Assembly (NCBI GenBank): GCA_965203295.1
Contig: CBDBCZ010000019.1
Location: 320,001 to 384,000, forward strand
Direction: 5' to 3'
Source: Nitrospirales bacterium
GTDB lineage: Bacteria; Nitrospirota; Nitrospiria; Nitrospirales; UBA8639
DNA: 64,000 nt
A program made the position numbers and the translations under genes. Each line of letters begins with the position of its first letter. Position 1 is the stretch's first letter. The notes below the pieces were generated by a model. That model was not told the origin of the DNA, did no database searches, and saw only the letters and a program-made list of their open reading frames with translations. This document shows positions 14,401 through 27,475 of this stretch, piece after piece.

Positions 14401-17400
14401 CATTGACATACTCTGTTTCCTGCTGCTGATTTAGTGATCCATAGTCCCACTTGAGGTACTCGAGTGTGGGGTGGAGTTTTCGAACATAATAAGTTCCTTT
14501 CAACCACGACTCATAATGTTTGTCATGCATAAGAGTTAGGACATCTCCTCTATGAGGGTTGCATGATGCAATGATGAATACATTTTCAGGAATGCGCTGC
14601 ATTTGGAAATAAGGAGTTCTGTAATATGCACTTATTATGAAGACTTCTACCACCGTTTCACTCACCTTGCCATTGATGGTTCTATCAACAATAATTTCTT
14701 TGAATAGTCCCAAACAGGAAGCTGTGTTGATTTCATCCAAATATGCCTTGAGAGAGAGAGAGGGAGAGAGAGGTGACTTGGTCATTGGTGACCTGGTCAT
14801 TGACTGCACCAAGTTTTGTCAAACTTACAGTAACAAAAGGAACTCTAAGCTGTTGTAATCTCCTAGCTGCATCATATGCTTGCTGGAGTTCATCAGCCTG
14901 AAGAATTACTTCTGCAAAAAACTCCTCAATATCCATTGGTTGAAGGTCTGGAAGGATATATGCTCATGTATACATGGATGTGCATGTATTTGAAATAATG
15001 ATTGCTTTAATGGTAGCATACCAGCATGAATATTCTTTTTGTGGAAAGTACTCTTCACTGTAGCACTGAATATGATGTACAACAGATGCGCTGTGGTCTG
15101 TTAAAGAGAGTTATTTAGTAACAGTTTTGACCCTTAGTACACATGTACTAGTTAATCCTACCTTAGAGCACTGTTGCGTTTTAATAGCAGTAAAAACATC
15201 AACGAGTTCCTCCCCATCATTTAGCTTAAGATTCAACATAGCAAATTTTAGATCTCCTTCTAACTTGAGAAGTGACTGATTTAGTTTAGAATAAAATTGA
15301 CCACTTTCAAATCTGCTGTCAGGGAGCTGTGCTATGGTATTCCACATGTCTTCAGTGACCATGTGTCCATCACCTAATTTAGATAAAGCTACCACACACT
15401 CTTGCTGTAGAGACTCATCAACCGCACCAGACTCTAGTTCTGTAGAATAGTAATCATAAGATGAGAGTGACCTTGCAAAAATATTCCTAGTTCCAATTGA
15501 GCATGACAGTTACTAAGCAACTACGATTATTAATATACAATATAATAAATCCCCTACCTCCCATCTTTCTGTGCATTAAATCCACAATGCGATCTTTGTC
15601 CCTATTCCATTCTGCAAACCAGGAGTGGTTCCAGAGCTCAGAAAGCATTTCAATGAGAGCTGTCTTCCCTACTCCAGTTTCTCCCTCAATTATCACAGGA
15701 ACTCCACATTCATATCTCTCATGGATGTTTAGCATCTTTAGTGTGTAGTCCAGAGTGAGCACATACTGTCTTTCATCAATTGGTGAGAGGCGGCCATCTT
15801 TGGGTAGGGGAACACCAAGTGCACGCGACAAATACTTGTCCAGCACAGCTCGAGAATAAAGGTCCCTGAAATAGCAAAAAAATAATTATAAGACACCGTA
15901 GTAAGATATAATCATGATAAGCACAGAACTTACTCAAGGGAAGGAATTTCTACTCCCATCCTTTTAAACCTTCCCTTATCTGCTTGCAGTTTAGGATCAT
16001 CAGGTAAGAGACAAATTAGTCCAAAGCTTCCACCACCATCTTTAAAGTCATATATCAGCTGTAGAAAGGGTCGTGCAATATTCACTCATGTATACATATT
16101 GTTACTCACTAAGTTGTATTACAGACCTGCTGGTGAGCTTTTTGTGACCAGCTCTCTTTGATACTGGGATCACAGAAATCAGTCACTTCTTTCAGCATTG
16201 TTTGCATTAAAGTTGAGCCCAAACGGTGTGTGTCTGTTCTCTGCCTCTTCCCATCAACTATAATATATTCACCATAACCAGTATTGTAATTGAATCCTGG
16301 AAAGTTGTCCAAAAATGTACATCTTCTTTTCATGTACCTGAAAGGTAAAGTCACTAATTAACATGCATAGAGCAGTTTACTAATTATGACTATTAAGCAT
16401 TACATGCAATACCAATAAAAGGTTAACTGTCTCAGTGAAAAGAAAGCAGAGATAAGTTTATTGAACCTGCTTGATAATTTTCAATGCAGTGTTCGCATCT
16501 TAACCTGTGTATAAACATCCTACACAAGCACTACACAGGAATCCAAAACGCATATAATTATGTGGTACTAATATTTTTTTATATTCCTGGCCTGTAACCC
16601 TAAGCTCTGTAGACAATATCTCATCTGCTTTGCTTGCATGGTACTTGAAACACTTTATGGAGCTGTTTGTGAAAAAATGGTGAACATAAGAAGAATCACT
16701 TCCCTTGAAGCAAGAGAGCCGTGGATATATATATATATATATATATATATACTTAGCCTTTTCGCTGCACAAGCAAATGTTGTATATAGTGCTACAGTTA
16801 CATGCACAAACTAGAATGATTTTGCAATTGTACCAAGAATCACTCCTGTTTGACTATGTAAATACCAAACTAACCTAGTACATAAAACTTTCAAACTACA
16901 GTAAAATGTTATTAGTGAAATAATATTTAGTACGTAACAATGTAGTTGACCACAACTTACAACAACAAACTACTTATAGTGCCATCAACATACTGTCATT
17001 TTTAAATTGATGCATCGACTTACTGGATGAACAACTTTTGAGTAATTTTGGTACTTTTGACATGGTCTGACATGTACTTCTGGAGAAGTCGCTTGCACTC
17101 TGTATCTGGCACTCTAGGATCTGTGCTGAACTTTATTGGGTCATCCCCTAAAGAATAGAAAGTGACTATTATACTACTATAAATTAATTTTTAGTTTTCC
17201 CCATACCTTGTCTGTCATGAAGACTGTCTATCGTGCCCTTCTCATATGACCTCAAGTACTTGCACACCAACTGAACATTGTCATCAATGCAGTAATCGTG
17301 TTTTAGATCAATGTCAACTGGAGTTCCCATTAGAGCCAACGCTGGCACCTCCTCTTCAAAACACTTAAGAAAATGAGCAGGAGTTTTTGTAGATCTTGAT

Positions 17401-20400
17401 GGTACCTATTTGGAGCACAGAACTTCATGAATGATTACATACAGGGCTTGGAATTCCATGCTACTACCATACTGTACCTCAGTGTATAGTGCCCATGACA
17501 AGCCAGCAGGATAATGAAAGGACAGTCCAGTGGCTGAGTCTTCCACATAGCCAAGGATTAAGAGCTCAAAGAAGAACCATCTAACATTTTTCATTAGTTG
17601 CTGGTAGTGTTCTTTCTCTCTCGCATCAGTGCCATCCTATAAACAGGAAACATGATTATAATTCTGTTGCAGAAAATTAGTTTAGAGAAAGTACTAACCA
17701 TTGGGGGAAGTACAGTGAAGTTAAAGAATATGGCACAGTTCCTTGCATCTCTGGGTAGAGTACGCAGCCTCTCAATGGCACTCACACTTGTGAATGCCTC
17801 GTTAATGGAAATTGTGACTCGGTGATTTTCAGGGATAGCTTTCAACTTGTCACGAATGTAATGTGTCTTGCCATTCCCTACACAATATTGACAAATAATA
17901 AAAACCAGATATGATAGTGGTCTCGTCGAAAGATTACCTGGCATTCCATATACAAGCTCTATACAGGACCAATCTTCCTGTCTTTGCAATCCCATTTCCT
18001 TACGAGCTTTACTCATATCCATAGATACTTCTTCCTACAGAGATAGACAACAAGTAGTGTATATTGATGCATCCAGAAATGACTCCTGTTCATAATATGT
18101 TACTCTATACTGAAGTAGCTTCAAAACAAATCCAATATACTTTGAGCAAGAAAATGGTGAAAGCGTAGGTAAGAACCTTGTAGTCTATGAACTTCAGGTA
18201 TGAAACCTCTCGAAGTAAAGAAGGAGCAGTTTCAATGAAGTAGACACATGTCTGCTGGTTCTTCAATTGTAAAAGTAACTGCAAGAGGATCTGTGAAATG
18301 TGGAATACAAAATATGCTAATATTAATCGTTCTTCTCAGTCTGTGCTGGCCATTTACCTCCTGAAGCTGGTATGGAAGGTCGTTAACCTCTGCTAGGAGA
18401 TAGAGCCTTGGATGCTGGACTGCCCTCTTCATCAGCAGTCTCAGATCCTGCTCTGTGGTTGTTGGCTCACAGTGGAGAAACTCAAAGGCTTCTGGTGGAC
18501 CACCATAGAGCCCTAAAATAAGCCTTACTAGTTCGCTTTCAGTGTATCCAGTAGCATTGTAAAGAACATTATTGGCCTGTGATAAACTTGCATACTCCTT
18601 GTTGTAACGCACTGGCAATGACCACTTCTTCACTTCAACTTGATCAAACAAGTACCGAAGATCCAAAAATGATCCCACTATCTCCATTGGTGACCTCTCG
18701 GATTGAGACCCCTGTTTGCATGTTTCTACAGCAATCTGAAAAAAGATTGAAACATGAACATTTAGGAAATTGCATTACAACGGCTATGAGAGCATTAGCT
18801 TACTTCCACAGCACTCCTAAAACCTTCATTTGCGTGTGCATTTCTTTGAAATAAGAAGCCAATCTCTTGGATGATTGCTGGTACAGAGGGCTTTTCAGCT
18901 GTTAGAGCTTCATACAACAGTATCAGCTTTGGTACTCGGAAGAAAAGTAACCATTTGTTACTGTTAAGTAAGTTCTCCACTTTTTTCATCCAGTTTCCGA
19001 CTTTATCTTTCCAGTCTTCAAGAATACTATTCGTTGCTGAAGCCTATATTATCACAAATATGCATCATTATATGGAGGCACAAATAAAATTAATAGTACT
19101 CACACAAACCTCTTGCTTTTTGACAGGTAATAAAGTTGAACAGTCAAGTGTGTACTTAAAGGGTCTCTGTGATAACTTGGGGTGACCAAGCTCTTGAAGT
19201 TTTCGAAATACTACCAAAATTTTGTAGGCAACCTGCACATAGAGACAGCATTAGTAGCTAGATAGAAATGGTAAACATGAGAGTTTACTCTTACCTCATT
19301 CCACTGCAAAAAAGATTTAACATTTTGGTCATCACCTTTAAGCAATTCAAGTCTGTGAACAAAGTCCTCAATCTTTTCCATTGTTAACGTTCTGTCTTGA
19401 AATTTCGCAACTTCTTGTCTTGCCTGTTCCTGAACCTCAGGGGTGGATTGGTCTTGAGATACTGTAGGTGAAACATGTACGAATGAAAGCTTATACTTTA
19501 ATACTAGCTGGAGTCTGCTGTGTCGAGTAACTGTTGCATCAGTAGTTTCATAATGATAACTTCCACTTTCTAGAATACCGTTCAGTTCATTGGATACATT
19601 CTCAGGTGTGTCCTCTGAGTGAGAGAACCAAAACTGAATCAGGTGCATGTTCTTTCTCACGGTTTCAAGTTGTGGAAGTCCTTCTGGTATTTCAAGAGCT
19701 GCCACAGCAGACATCAGAGAGTGAAATGACTTGTGACTAGGGTCCATGATTGGGGCAATAAATGTAAATGCAGCAATCAAATGATTTAACACCATTTGTT
19801 GGTGTTCATCCAGCTCCAGGTGCCGTGTAATGACCTCAACCTTGTGATGAAATTCAGCATAACCCAAAGGACCTACCATATTTTTCTCTTTAAGAAAGTT
19901 GTAAAAGTCAGCACTATCTGCAACTTTGGAGAAGAGCTCCAGGCGCTTTGGACTTGCATCTTCTTTGAGGCAGAGTGCCTTGTGAACATCCTCCCACTTC
20001 TGTTTTGCATCCTCAATAGAAATATTTGCTTTCTCTTGACTGTCCTGTAACATCACAGCTAGCTTGCAGATTTCTTTAAAGTTAGGGTCATTTAAACAAC
20101 AGTCCAGATCATACTGTTTGAAAAATTGCTTAAGCATTAGGATGGATCTTGCAAATTGGATGAGTTTAAGAAGACTCTTTATCCCAGTTAACCCTGTAGA
20201 ACCATATTGACGAAGACTTTGGCATTCCATTAGAGTACTAAACTCTTCTTCGACATTAAATACTTCAAGTTTAAAGTTTTCAACAATAATTTCTCCATAC
20301 GTTGCGGTTCCATCCAAAACTTTCACAAGCAGAGTTTCCACAGACTCCACAGCTATGTGCACTTGTTCAGGAGTGCTTTCTTCTACAGCACTGCCACGGA

Positions 20401-23400
20401 CTGCACTTAATGCATGATGCATATGGGTACTGAACAAGTAACTCTGATGTAGCTTAAAATGAACAAGTAGGTCCATATTTGGTTCAACTGGGGCCAAGAA
20501 AGCAGTAATCTGTTCAACAAGCTGGCAGAGTGATTTCAAGCTCAATTGTCTTGAAAGTGAAATACAGGCATCCGTGGAGGGGTTGAAATGTTTATCATTA
20601 GGAGGTGGTAGTTCTGCACACACTATCGTGGTAGCTCCCTTTTCATCAGGAAAGATAATGTTTGTACTAAGTTCTGATAGGATCTCTTGAGGGAACTCTG
20701 TTCCATACTCTGAAAGGATGCTGATCACTGAGCAACTAAGAAAATCATATAGTGATAATCAACTATACATGTACATGTGTAGAGCTCTAGCTATGTTACA
20801 AACTTACCATCCAGCCTTAGGGTCACTAGGAACATATTTTAAGACCAGTTGATTGAGTTTCTTAAAAAATTCAAGGAAAGTATCATGCAAGGTTTCTACT
20901 TCCACTCTGGAAACCACCAGACTTGAAGCTGAGATAGCACCAGCAAGATTGTGCATGTTGTCACGACTCTTCAAATACCAGTTAATTTCTTCATAATTCG
21001 CTTCCTTTTCTTCGAGTCTTGATTTCCAATCTGCCAACATTAAATGGAACGGTTGAATCCACTCAAAGTAGCTTCTTACTGATGAGGATGGGTTCCTTGC
21101 AACCACATCTGGAAGGGCATTGTATAACTTTTGATCTTGTCTTGATTGGGTATATAAACAAAAGAGGGTGCCAACTTTGGTGATCAAGGAAAAGTATTTA
21201 TTGAACATTACCCAATTAACAGACTCGATGCTAACAAATCGGGTGCTGAATATGGAGATTTTTTTACAGCATGCATTCACAAAGTCGAGACTAAACTCCT
21301 GCTTCGGGGAAGGCTCACTCTGCAGCCAACTCATGTCACACGTCAGTGCTCTAACTGTTGTACCAATTGCTTTACTCAATGAGGGTTGGAGAAGGTCCTT
21401 TGAATCTGTAATCAATTCCTGTAAATATCAATTGTAAACTCTTCATAGCAGTAATGATATTGTGCATACGCTGCACATACCTTCAGTACAGCTGCTAAAA
21501 TAGTTTCTTGGAAGGTGCTCTTCTGTAAGGATATACAGTTCTAGAAAACAATGGCAAACATACTAAATAAGAACATAGCAGTCTCTTTAATTGTTATAGG
21601 TACCATTATTTCCTCAGTCTGAGCCAGAAGAACATATTTTTGTCTGTTTTCGTGAATGAACCCTCGAAGCCTGTCCTCAAATTCAGCGACAGCTGGCGTA
21701 TCATCAGGAGAGTGCACAGCAAATAGCCCAGGTACATCCAGTTTCATTAGATCAACAATGAATCGGTAAGTCTTGTTACATTCTTGGTAGCGATCAGCTA
21801 CTCTCAGTAGAAAATTAAGAAGATGCCTTTGTTTAGCAGCACCAGAAAACCTGTATAAATACCACGAAAAAAGAGAAAGTAATCAATATTGCTAGTGTTC
21901 AACCTATACAGGTATATCAGAATTTGAACTCACTTTACCACCACCAGCTCAAAGAAACTTCTCCAAATGCTTTCAGATATGTTTGCATGTAGGGAAATTT
22001 CATAGTCATCAAGGTACTCTTCCAAAATCTGTAGAGGAAGTAAAATGTGTGCTATGATATCTAAAACAAAATTACTTTGGTTTAGAAGTTTACCTCAGGA
22101 GACCAATTTTTGGAACCACATTTAGAGTAGACATTATAAAATTGGTCCATCCGCAATCTCTTTAGACCTGTTTTTGTCTTTTCCATGATCTACAAGAAAA
22201 CAAGAACAGTACGTAGAAAATTCACAAGGTATGTGCACATATAGAGTGACTTAAATCTGTGCGGAAATCATGACTTACATAGCTATGATATCTCTTTGTC
22301 ACATAGTATCGTTGAGAAAGGACTTCTTGCAAGCATTCTACCTGGGTATTTGGTGGAGACGCTTCAGTAAGCTTCAAAAGCAGCAATAACCACTCCTGAA
22401 AATCTTGATCAAAATTTAACTGCAGTGGTCTCAAATTTACAACTTGTAACATGGCATCGAGGAGCAATAGACCCTAACACAGGAAGAAATCGTAAATGAA
22501 TGAGCACCATACTACAGTATTATTACAAATTAGTATCACAACTTACATCTTTAACAGTTTGAGGTGCACTGCCACTAGAGACATTTCTCAGAAATTTCTT
22601 GATTCCATTCTGTTGCAGTGATTGTTTATAGGCTTCTCTCAGTCTAATCACAACATGCTCCATAAATCCTTCCATAGAAGATTTGTACTCCTTAAATGCA
22701 ATAACAGTGTTCCTAAGAGAGTTCAGGGTACAATTATATTTACAGCCTGCATGGAATATTATTATTGTTACCATTACCGCTCTTACTTTTGCTCATCAAA
22801 TGGTCTTGTAACTTTATTACCAACTGGTGCAAGCAATTCACCAAGTAGACTGATGCCAAAAGTGAGTTCAACTGGCAATTTTAGCATTTGACCCAAAGCC
22901 AAAGCTTTCTTTAGACCTTCAATATTGTCACTATCCAATGAATATCGGTGAGCATCCTGTTAAAGAAAACTTTTAGAGACAGTAAGTTATCAATAGAAAC
23001 AATTTTATGACGTACCTTCAAGAAATAGTCTTGCCATATCTTTTCATCAGGTTCTTTAATTCTTCGCTTAGCACAGAAGCTCAAATATGTAGTGACTATA
23101 ATGAAAAGGTTTACTTTATTATACTTTGTTAACATTACAAACAGTACTCTCATACTTACTCCACAGCATTGTTGAATAGATACGGTATTCCTTAATTTTT
23201 CGCTCTCTCATTAGCCTGATAAAAGCTTCTTCAAAAAACCAGAATGCAGTCACTACAGGTGTGCTATGCTGTTGTGGCTCTGGAGTCTCTTTTAAGCCCA
23301 AGTGGAATTTAAAGTCTTCCCTGTATAAAGAAACATTAATTTAAGTTGCATAAGGCTATTTGACAGCTTTTGGTTCAAACTATATGTAAAAGGTTTGAAA

Positions 23401-24200
23401 GCTGGAAGGGATGGATTCTGCAACAAGGTTATGTATATTATAAACCTTTTCAAGAAGCCACTCAATGCAGTGGCAACATGAACTGGATTCAGTTCTTCAA
23501 ATTTTGCAAAACATAAGTTCAGAAATTCCTGAGGACATCTACTCCGGTATCGTCTGTGTTTCCTGCATCATAAAAAGGCTATCATATTATCTGGCCTATA
23601 AGTTTCTTCTTTATAGAAACTTACAGAAAACATGTACGATGTGCTACTGCTATATAGAATAGAAAATCCTTTTCAAAGGTATCTTTGGATTTTCTGGTTA
23701 GCAGAGTAAATAACGTTTTCTCAGTTTCCTGACTCTGGTCGGTGGTCTGTGGAACAAATTATACTATGCTGAATACAAGAGTATACCTTGTATATTTATC
23801 AATTTCCAACTCACTTCATAAATATTAAATTCACACATTAAAACCTGGAACAGTTCGCTTTTTTCAGATACAATATTTTCTTCACTGTCTGTTGGAAAAA
23901 GCATTTCCTCAATCCTTCTTACCATATTCCATGTTTTATCATTTTGAGATACAGGTGAACCTGCAATGGATTCAGAGACTAAAAAAAATGATACAGTAAC
24001 AGTAAACATAATAGTAATGTACTCATGGTTAGACATGACAAACCTGTTTGTCGTGCATGAAGTATTTGAATCGAGGACACCTCAACCTTGGCAGTGACTT
24101 TTCTGCCATGACTTTGTATCATTTCCGTGAAATTTCCCCCTGAACCTGGTTTGACAACTAAGATTGGAAATTCCCATTTCTCATTCTCAGGAAGAAACCG
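2461..24200 (-). CDS. Giant RNF213/mysterin-like multi-AAA+ protein, multi-exon, 5' end cut off at the junction; terminal exon (2461-2714) encodes a SAM domain
   Basis: Dozens of collinear minus-strand exon ORFs separated by short GT-AG introns; RNF213-type motifs GNGKTHYI, PVIIEGETGVGKT, LDEINTASCLGLFKEII, LIIVGDPGSSKT, FMDEAGLPEEKLESLKVLH, PPPFLNRFEK; exact exon set and 5' limit not fully resolved. Confidence 0.85.
2804..3019. mobile_element. TTAA-flanked MITE (Kolobok/piggyBac-like) in the last intron of the RNF213-like gene
   Basis: TTAA at 2800-2803 and 3020-3023; imperfect TIRs of about 45 bp (GTGTTCCACCCAAAGATTTTTTTGGA...TCCAAAAAATCTTTGGGTGGGACAC). Confidence 0.75.
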
Positions 24201-25227
24201 TGAGATTCTGGCTACCTTGTTTATTCCCGGAGTGGTTGTGGCTTACTTCTTGTTTCCTGCCCGCACTCGGCTTGCTCAAATGGAGAAAGTCAGCGAGCGT
24301 GCAAAGAATATTATGTCGGAACATTATCAAGATGCTCTTCGACAATACAAAGAAAGCACAGAAAAAATTATTAACGATCGTTATACATTTGGGAATTATT
24401 GGTTCCCTCTTTTCTTCCTTACCCTTGTGTTAGGAGTTGGATTCTTTTTGCTATTTTCCTCAGCTTATCCACTCTATAAATTCCACACATTAAATGAATT
24501 ATTGCTGGCTATTCCCAATGCTGTCTTCTATGGATTTCTTGGTGGGACTTTCTTTGTCCTTTTCTCTGTGATTAATCGCTACCGATCAGCTGATATCTAC
24601 CCTCAACTAGTACTTGGGTTGGGTTATCAAATTTTGTTCTCGGGGGCTGTGGCGTACTTCGCTGTAAACCTATCTCCAGATATTGTGGATCCTCTATTGG
24701 CCTTTGGCGTAGGCTTTATCCCTTACAAAGAACTGACCGATTGGGTACGACAAAAAACCCAGACCAAACTAGGAGTGGATGGATCTCAAGGTTCATCAGC
24801 AGAAATTGTTGGAAGTGATAATTTGTCAGCGCTATAAGGCATGCACCAAGCGCACCGAGAGCGATTGGGAGAAGAAAAACTTCTCACAGTCCAAAATCTA
24901 GCATTCATGAATCCGTTCTCTCTTTTTCTCAGCACCTCTTACGATATGCCCCTTCTCATAGATTGGATCGATCAAGCGTATCTTCGCTTATACCTGAACG
25001 AGGCGCAGATCAAATCTTTAGCCCCCATCGGAATCCGCTGCGCTATTGAATTGTCCCAAGTTAGTCAATTAGAGGCCAACCATAAAAAAGCCTTGCTTAA
25101 AGCCATTGCTGAAGCACTTGGGAAAAGCGAAGAAGCTGCCAAAAATTTGGTGGAACAAGCAGCTTCAGACCCCTAAGTGGAAAGATTAAACCTCTTTTGG
25201 CAGGAATTTGGAGGGGGAGGGCCTTAA
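24200..25227 (+). pseudogene. Multi-pass membrane protein with a C-terminal HhH-like cytoplasmic domain; 5' truncated; in-frame TAA at 24835 and 25174
   Basis: ORFs 24127-24837 and 24841-25176 share a frame (SAL*GMHQAHRERL...DP*VERL); about 5 hydrophobic segments. Confidence 0.65.
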
Positions 25228-25264
25228 AGTTGCTGCCTCAATAAGTACGTGGGTGGAGAAGCAT

Positions 25265-25315
25265 GTCGATCAAGATGGGGATGTGATTGACATCCTGGTT
25301 CAACCCCGTCGCGCG
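25265..25315 (+). mobile_element. IS6-family transposase remnant
   Basis: Encodes VDQDGDVIDILVQPRR, the typical IS6 catalytic-region motif. Confidence 0.6.
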
Positions 25316-25427
25316 GTCCGCTGATCATTAACGTCAGGCCGCCAAACAATGGAGAGCAGACGTTAGGTTGGCCCTACTATTTGCCTTACTGATTTCCGAG
25401 AGCATCACACTCAAAAAGGAAAGGATT

Positions 25428-26360
25428 ATGAGATTGGGAGAAATTTGTAAAACAAAACAATCCCCTGCTACTTTTAATCCATTGCAAATTTTCACACTCT
25501 TCTTAGTCGTTGGTCTCCTAACAGCCTGCACATCTGCAAGAATTAATCAGTTTAAGCAATTTTCACAAGCGAGCGTAGTGTATTCTAATGCCACTGATCT
25601 TTTAACGAGAGAGGCTGGGGAAGCGGCTATTGATGCAGACTCTGCGATCCTAAAAAAAGTAAGGCCAAGTCTGAACCCATCAGACTTAAAGGTGAGTATA
25701 GTCACCCAGAACGAGTTGCTAAAGGAACGTCTAGAGCTTCTAGCTGACCTACGACGTCATGCATTCATACTAAGAAATTACTTCACCGCCCTAGGTGTGC
25801 TGGCTGAAAGTGATGCCCCCAGCGGAATTGGGAAAGCTACAGAAGGTATTGTCACATCGTTGGGAGAGGTCAATAGCCGAATCAATACCGCAACCATCGG
25901 CGACCAAAGCGTGAGTGACTTTGTCGGAGATGCAGTCCCAATAGTCGTAGCTCAATTTCAGAGAGCGGCTCTAGAGAAAGAATTAAAATCTAGAGCCGAA
26001 ACATTGGAGAGGGAACTAGATTTACAACAGGCAGCCATGGAGGCTTTATCAAAATCCATGAAAACCGATTTAAAAATTGTTCTAGGTCATCAGGAGAGTG
26101 AGGAGATAGTAAGACCCTATGTTTCTTCGGCCAATCCCCTTCCAAACAATTGGACTAAGAGACGTCGAGAATTACTTACATCCACTTGTAACCTTGCCTC
26201 TGTTGAAGCTGCTGCCGACGCTGCAAAAAACTTAAAACTCTCCTTTGTGCCCTGGTAGAAAAAAGATTCCAACTAGGTGATATCCAGCTATTAATCCATG
26301 ACATCAATCAAATCATAAACAATCATAGAAAATGTTAGGGGAGAAGGAACCCAATCCTAG
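25428..26360 (+). pseudogene. Helical/coiled-coil lipoprotein with a frameshift near the 3' end (~26250)
   Basis: RBS AAGGA, hydrophobic signal peptide with lipobox LLTAC; the frame continues as ALVEKRFQL after a 1-nt shift. Confidence 0.65.
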
Positions 26361-26378
26361 GAAAGGCAGGACAATTTT

Positions 26379-26717
26379 ATGACACCAGGTGAAATACGAA
26401 AACAGACCATTGCACAACTATGAAAGATTGTTGCAGCAATGATGTCCCTAGAATGGGACCTCGCCCTAGACGGACAATCAAAAGCGGTTGAAGCCAAGGC
26501 AGCTAAACTCCTGTTAAAAGTTCAAAGAACCAGGCTTCGATTAATGAACGCTGAACTAAAAGATATTCGAGACAAGCTTAAGGCAAATGAAACTGCTCTT
26601 AACCAAGGCACACAATCTCTTCAGGGTGCTCTTGGAAACCTACAGGATGTCCAAAGAGTGCTAGATGCTACGACAGCCTTCGTCCAAATAGCAGCAAAAA
26701 TTGCAGCATTTGTATAG
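26379..26717 (+). pseudogene. Small coiled-coil protein with an amphipathic C-terminal helix; in-frame TGA at 26421
   Basis: ATG at 26379 after an AGGA RBS, in frame with ORF 26439-26717. Confidence 0.6.
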
Positions 26718-26804
26718 GTATTAAGAGTGCCTCAAAACCCGAAAACTGAGCCATGTGTTATCAGATTTTGGTGAGATTTAGATAATCTCAAATGGAGGCA
26801 GCCC

Positions 26805-27075
26805 CTGAGGGCTCCCCACAAAAACCGCTTGTTTCCCAATGGATTCGAGAGTATCTTTTGCGAAATCGCGTACACATGGCATCAGCACCATCTTCGTGAC
26901 ATGGCTTTATCCGTAAAGGAGGAGATGCCATGCACGCGATGCGATTCTTACATTCCCACCTCAAAAAAACCTGTCCGACTCTCCATGCCAAACGTTTAGC
27001 AGTGCTGCTGAAGGCGGTGGACACCGTCACACGCCCTCACCGGCTGACCCTGACCGCCTTAGGTCGAGCGTTACA
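26805..27075 (+). mobile_element. IS4-family transposase N-terminal remnant with a probable left end
   Basis: MHAMRFLHSHL...LHAKRL...LTLTALGRAL resembles IS4/IS10-like N-termini; CTGAGGGCTCCCC end-like motif upstream; truncated. Confidence 0.55.
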
Positions 27076-27185
27076 CCTTTGCCATGGACGTACGCCACTC
27101 CAATATTGCGCTGGGCCAACGCCTCCTCCAGGTTTGCGGCTAGGAGATACCATTTTATGGCTTCTTGATAGTCCTTTGGTTGAGG
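27075..27185 (-). pseudogene. Sel1-repeat protein fragment
   Basis: KDYQEAIKWYLLAAN...AQRNIGVAYVHGKGV. Confidence 0.6.
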
Positions 27186-27249
27186 TGATTGTGTGGTAAC
27201 AACCATTTCAACCAGAGCGCCGCGTCTTTTCAACTCATCTCAAACACTA

Positions 27250-27426
27250 CTTTCGAGTATAGCTCAAGCGGCAGTTTACACCGGCCTAGCGGTAGACACT
27301 CTCTACAAGATGGTCAGCCAGCGCCGTATCCCGTACGTCAAGGTGGGGCGGCTGGTAAGGTTTGACATGGCCCTTTTAGACACGTGGATCAAGCAACACA
27401 CCGTGATGCCGATGCCTGAAAAATAA
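27250..27426 (+). CDS. Excisionase-like HTH DNA-binding protein (start uncertain or truncated)
   Basis: IAQAAVYTGLAVDTLYKMVSQRRIPYVKVGRLVRF, directly upstream of the integrase. Confidence 0.75.
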   Translation, partial: LSSIAQAAVYTGLAVDTLYKMVSQRRIPYVKVGRLVRFDMALLDTWIKQHTVMPMPEK

Positions 27427-27475
27427 GTTGACTACTGTTTCGGTAATCATCCACCAACCACAGAAAGGAGGGACT

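Noticed and set aside
24127..24200. GTG start and N-terminus of the 236-aa ORF
   Set aside because: This stretch reads better as the antisense of a eukaryotic exon, so the ORF appears chimeric
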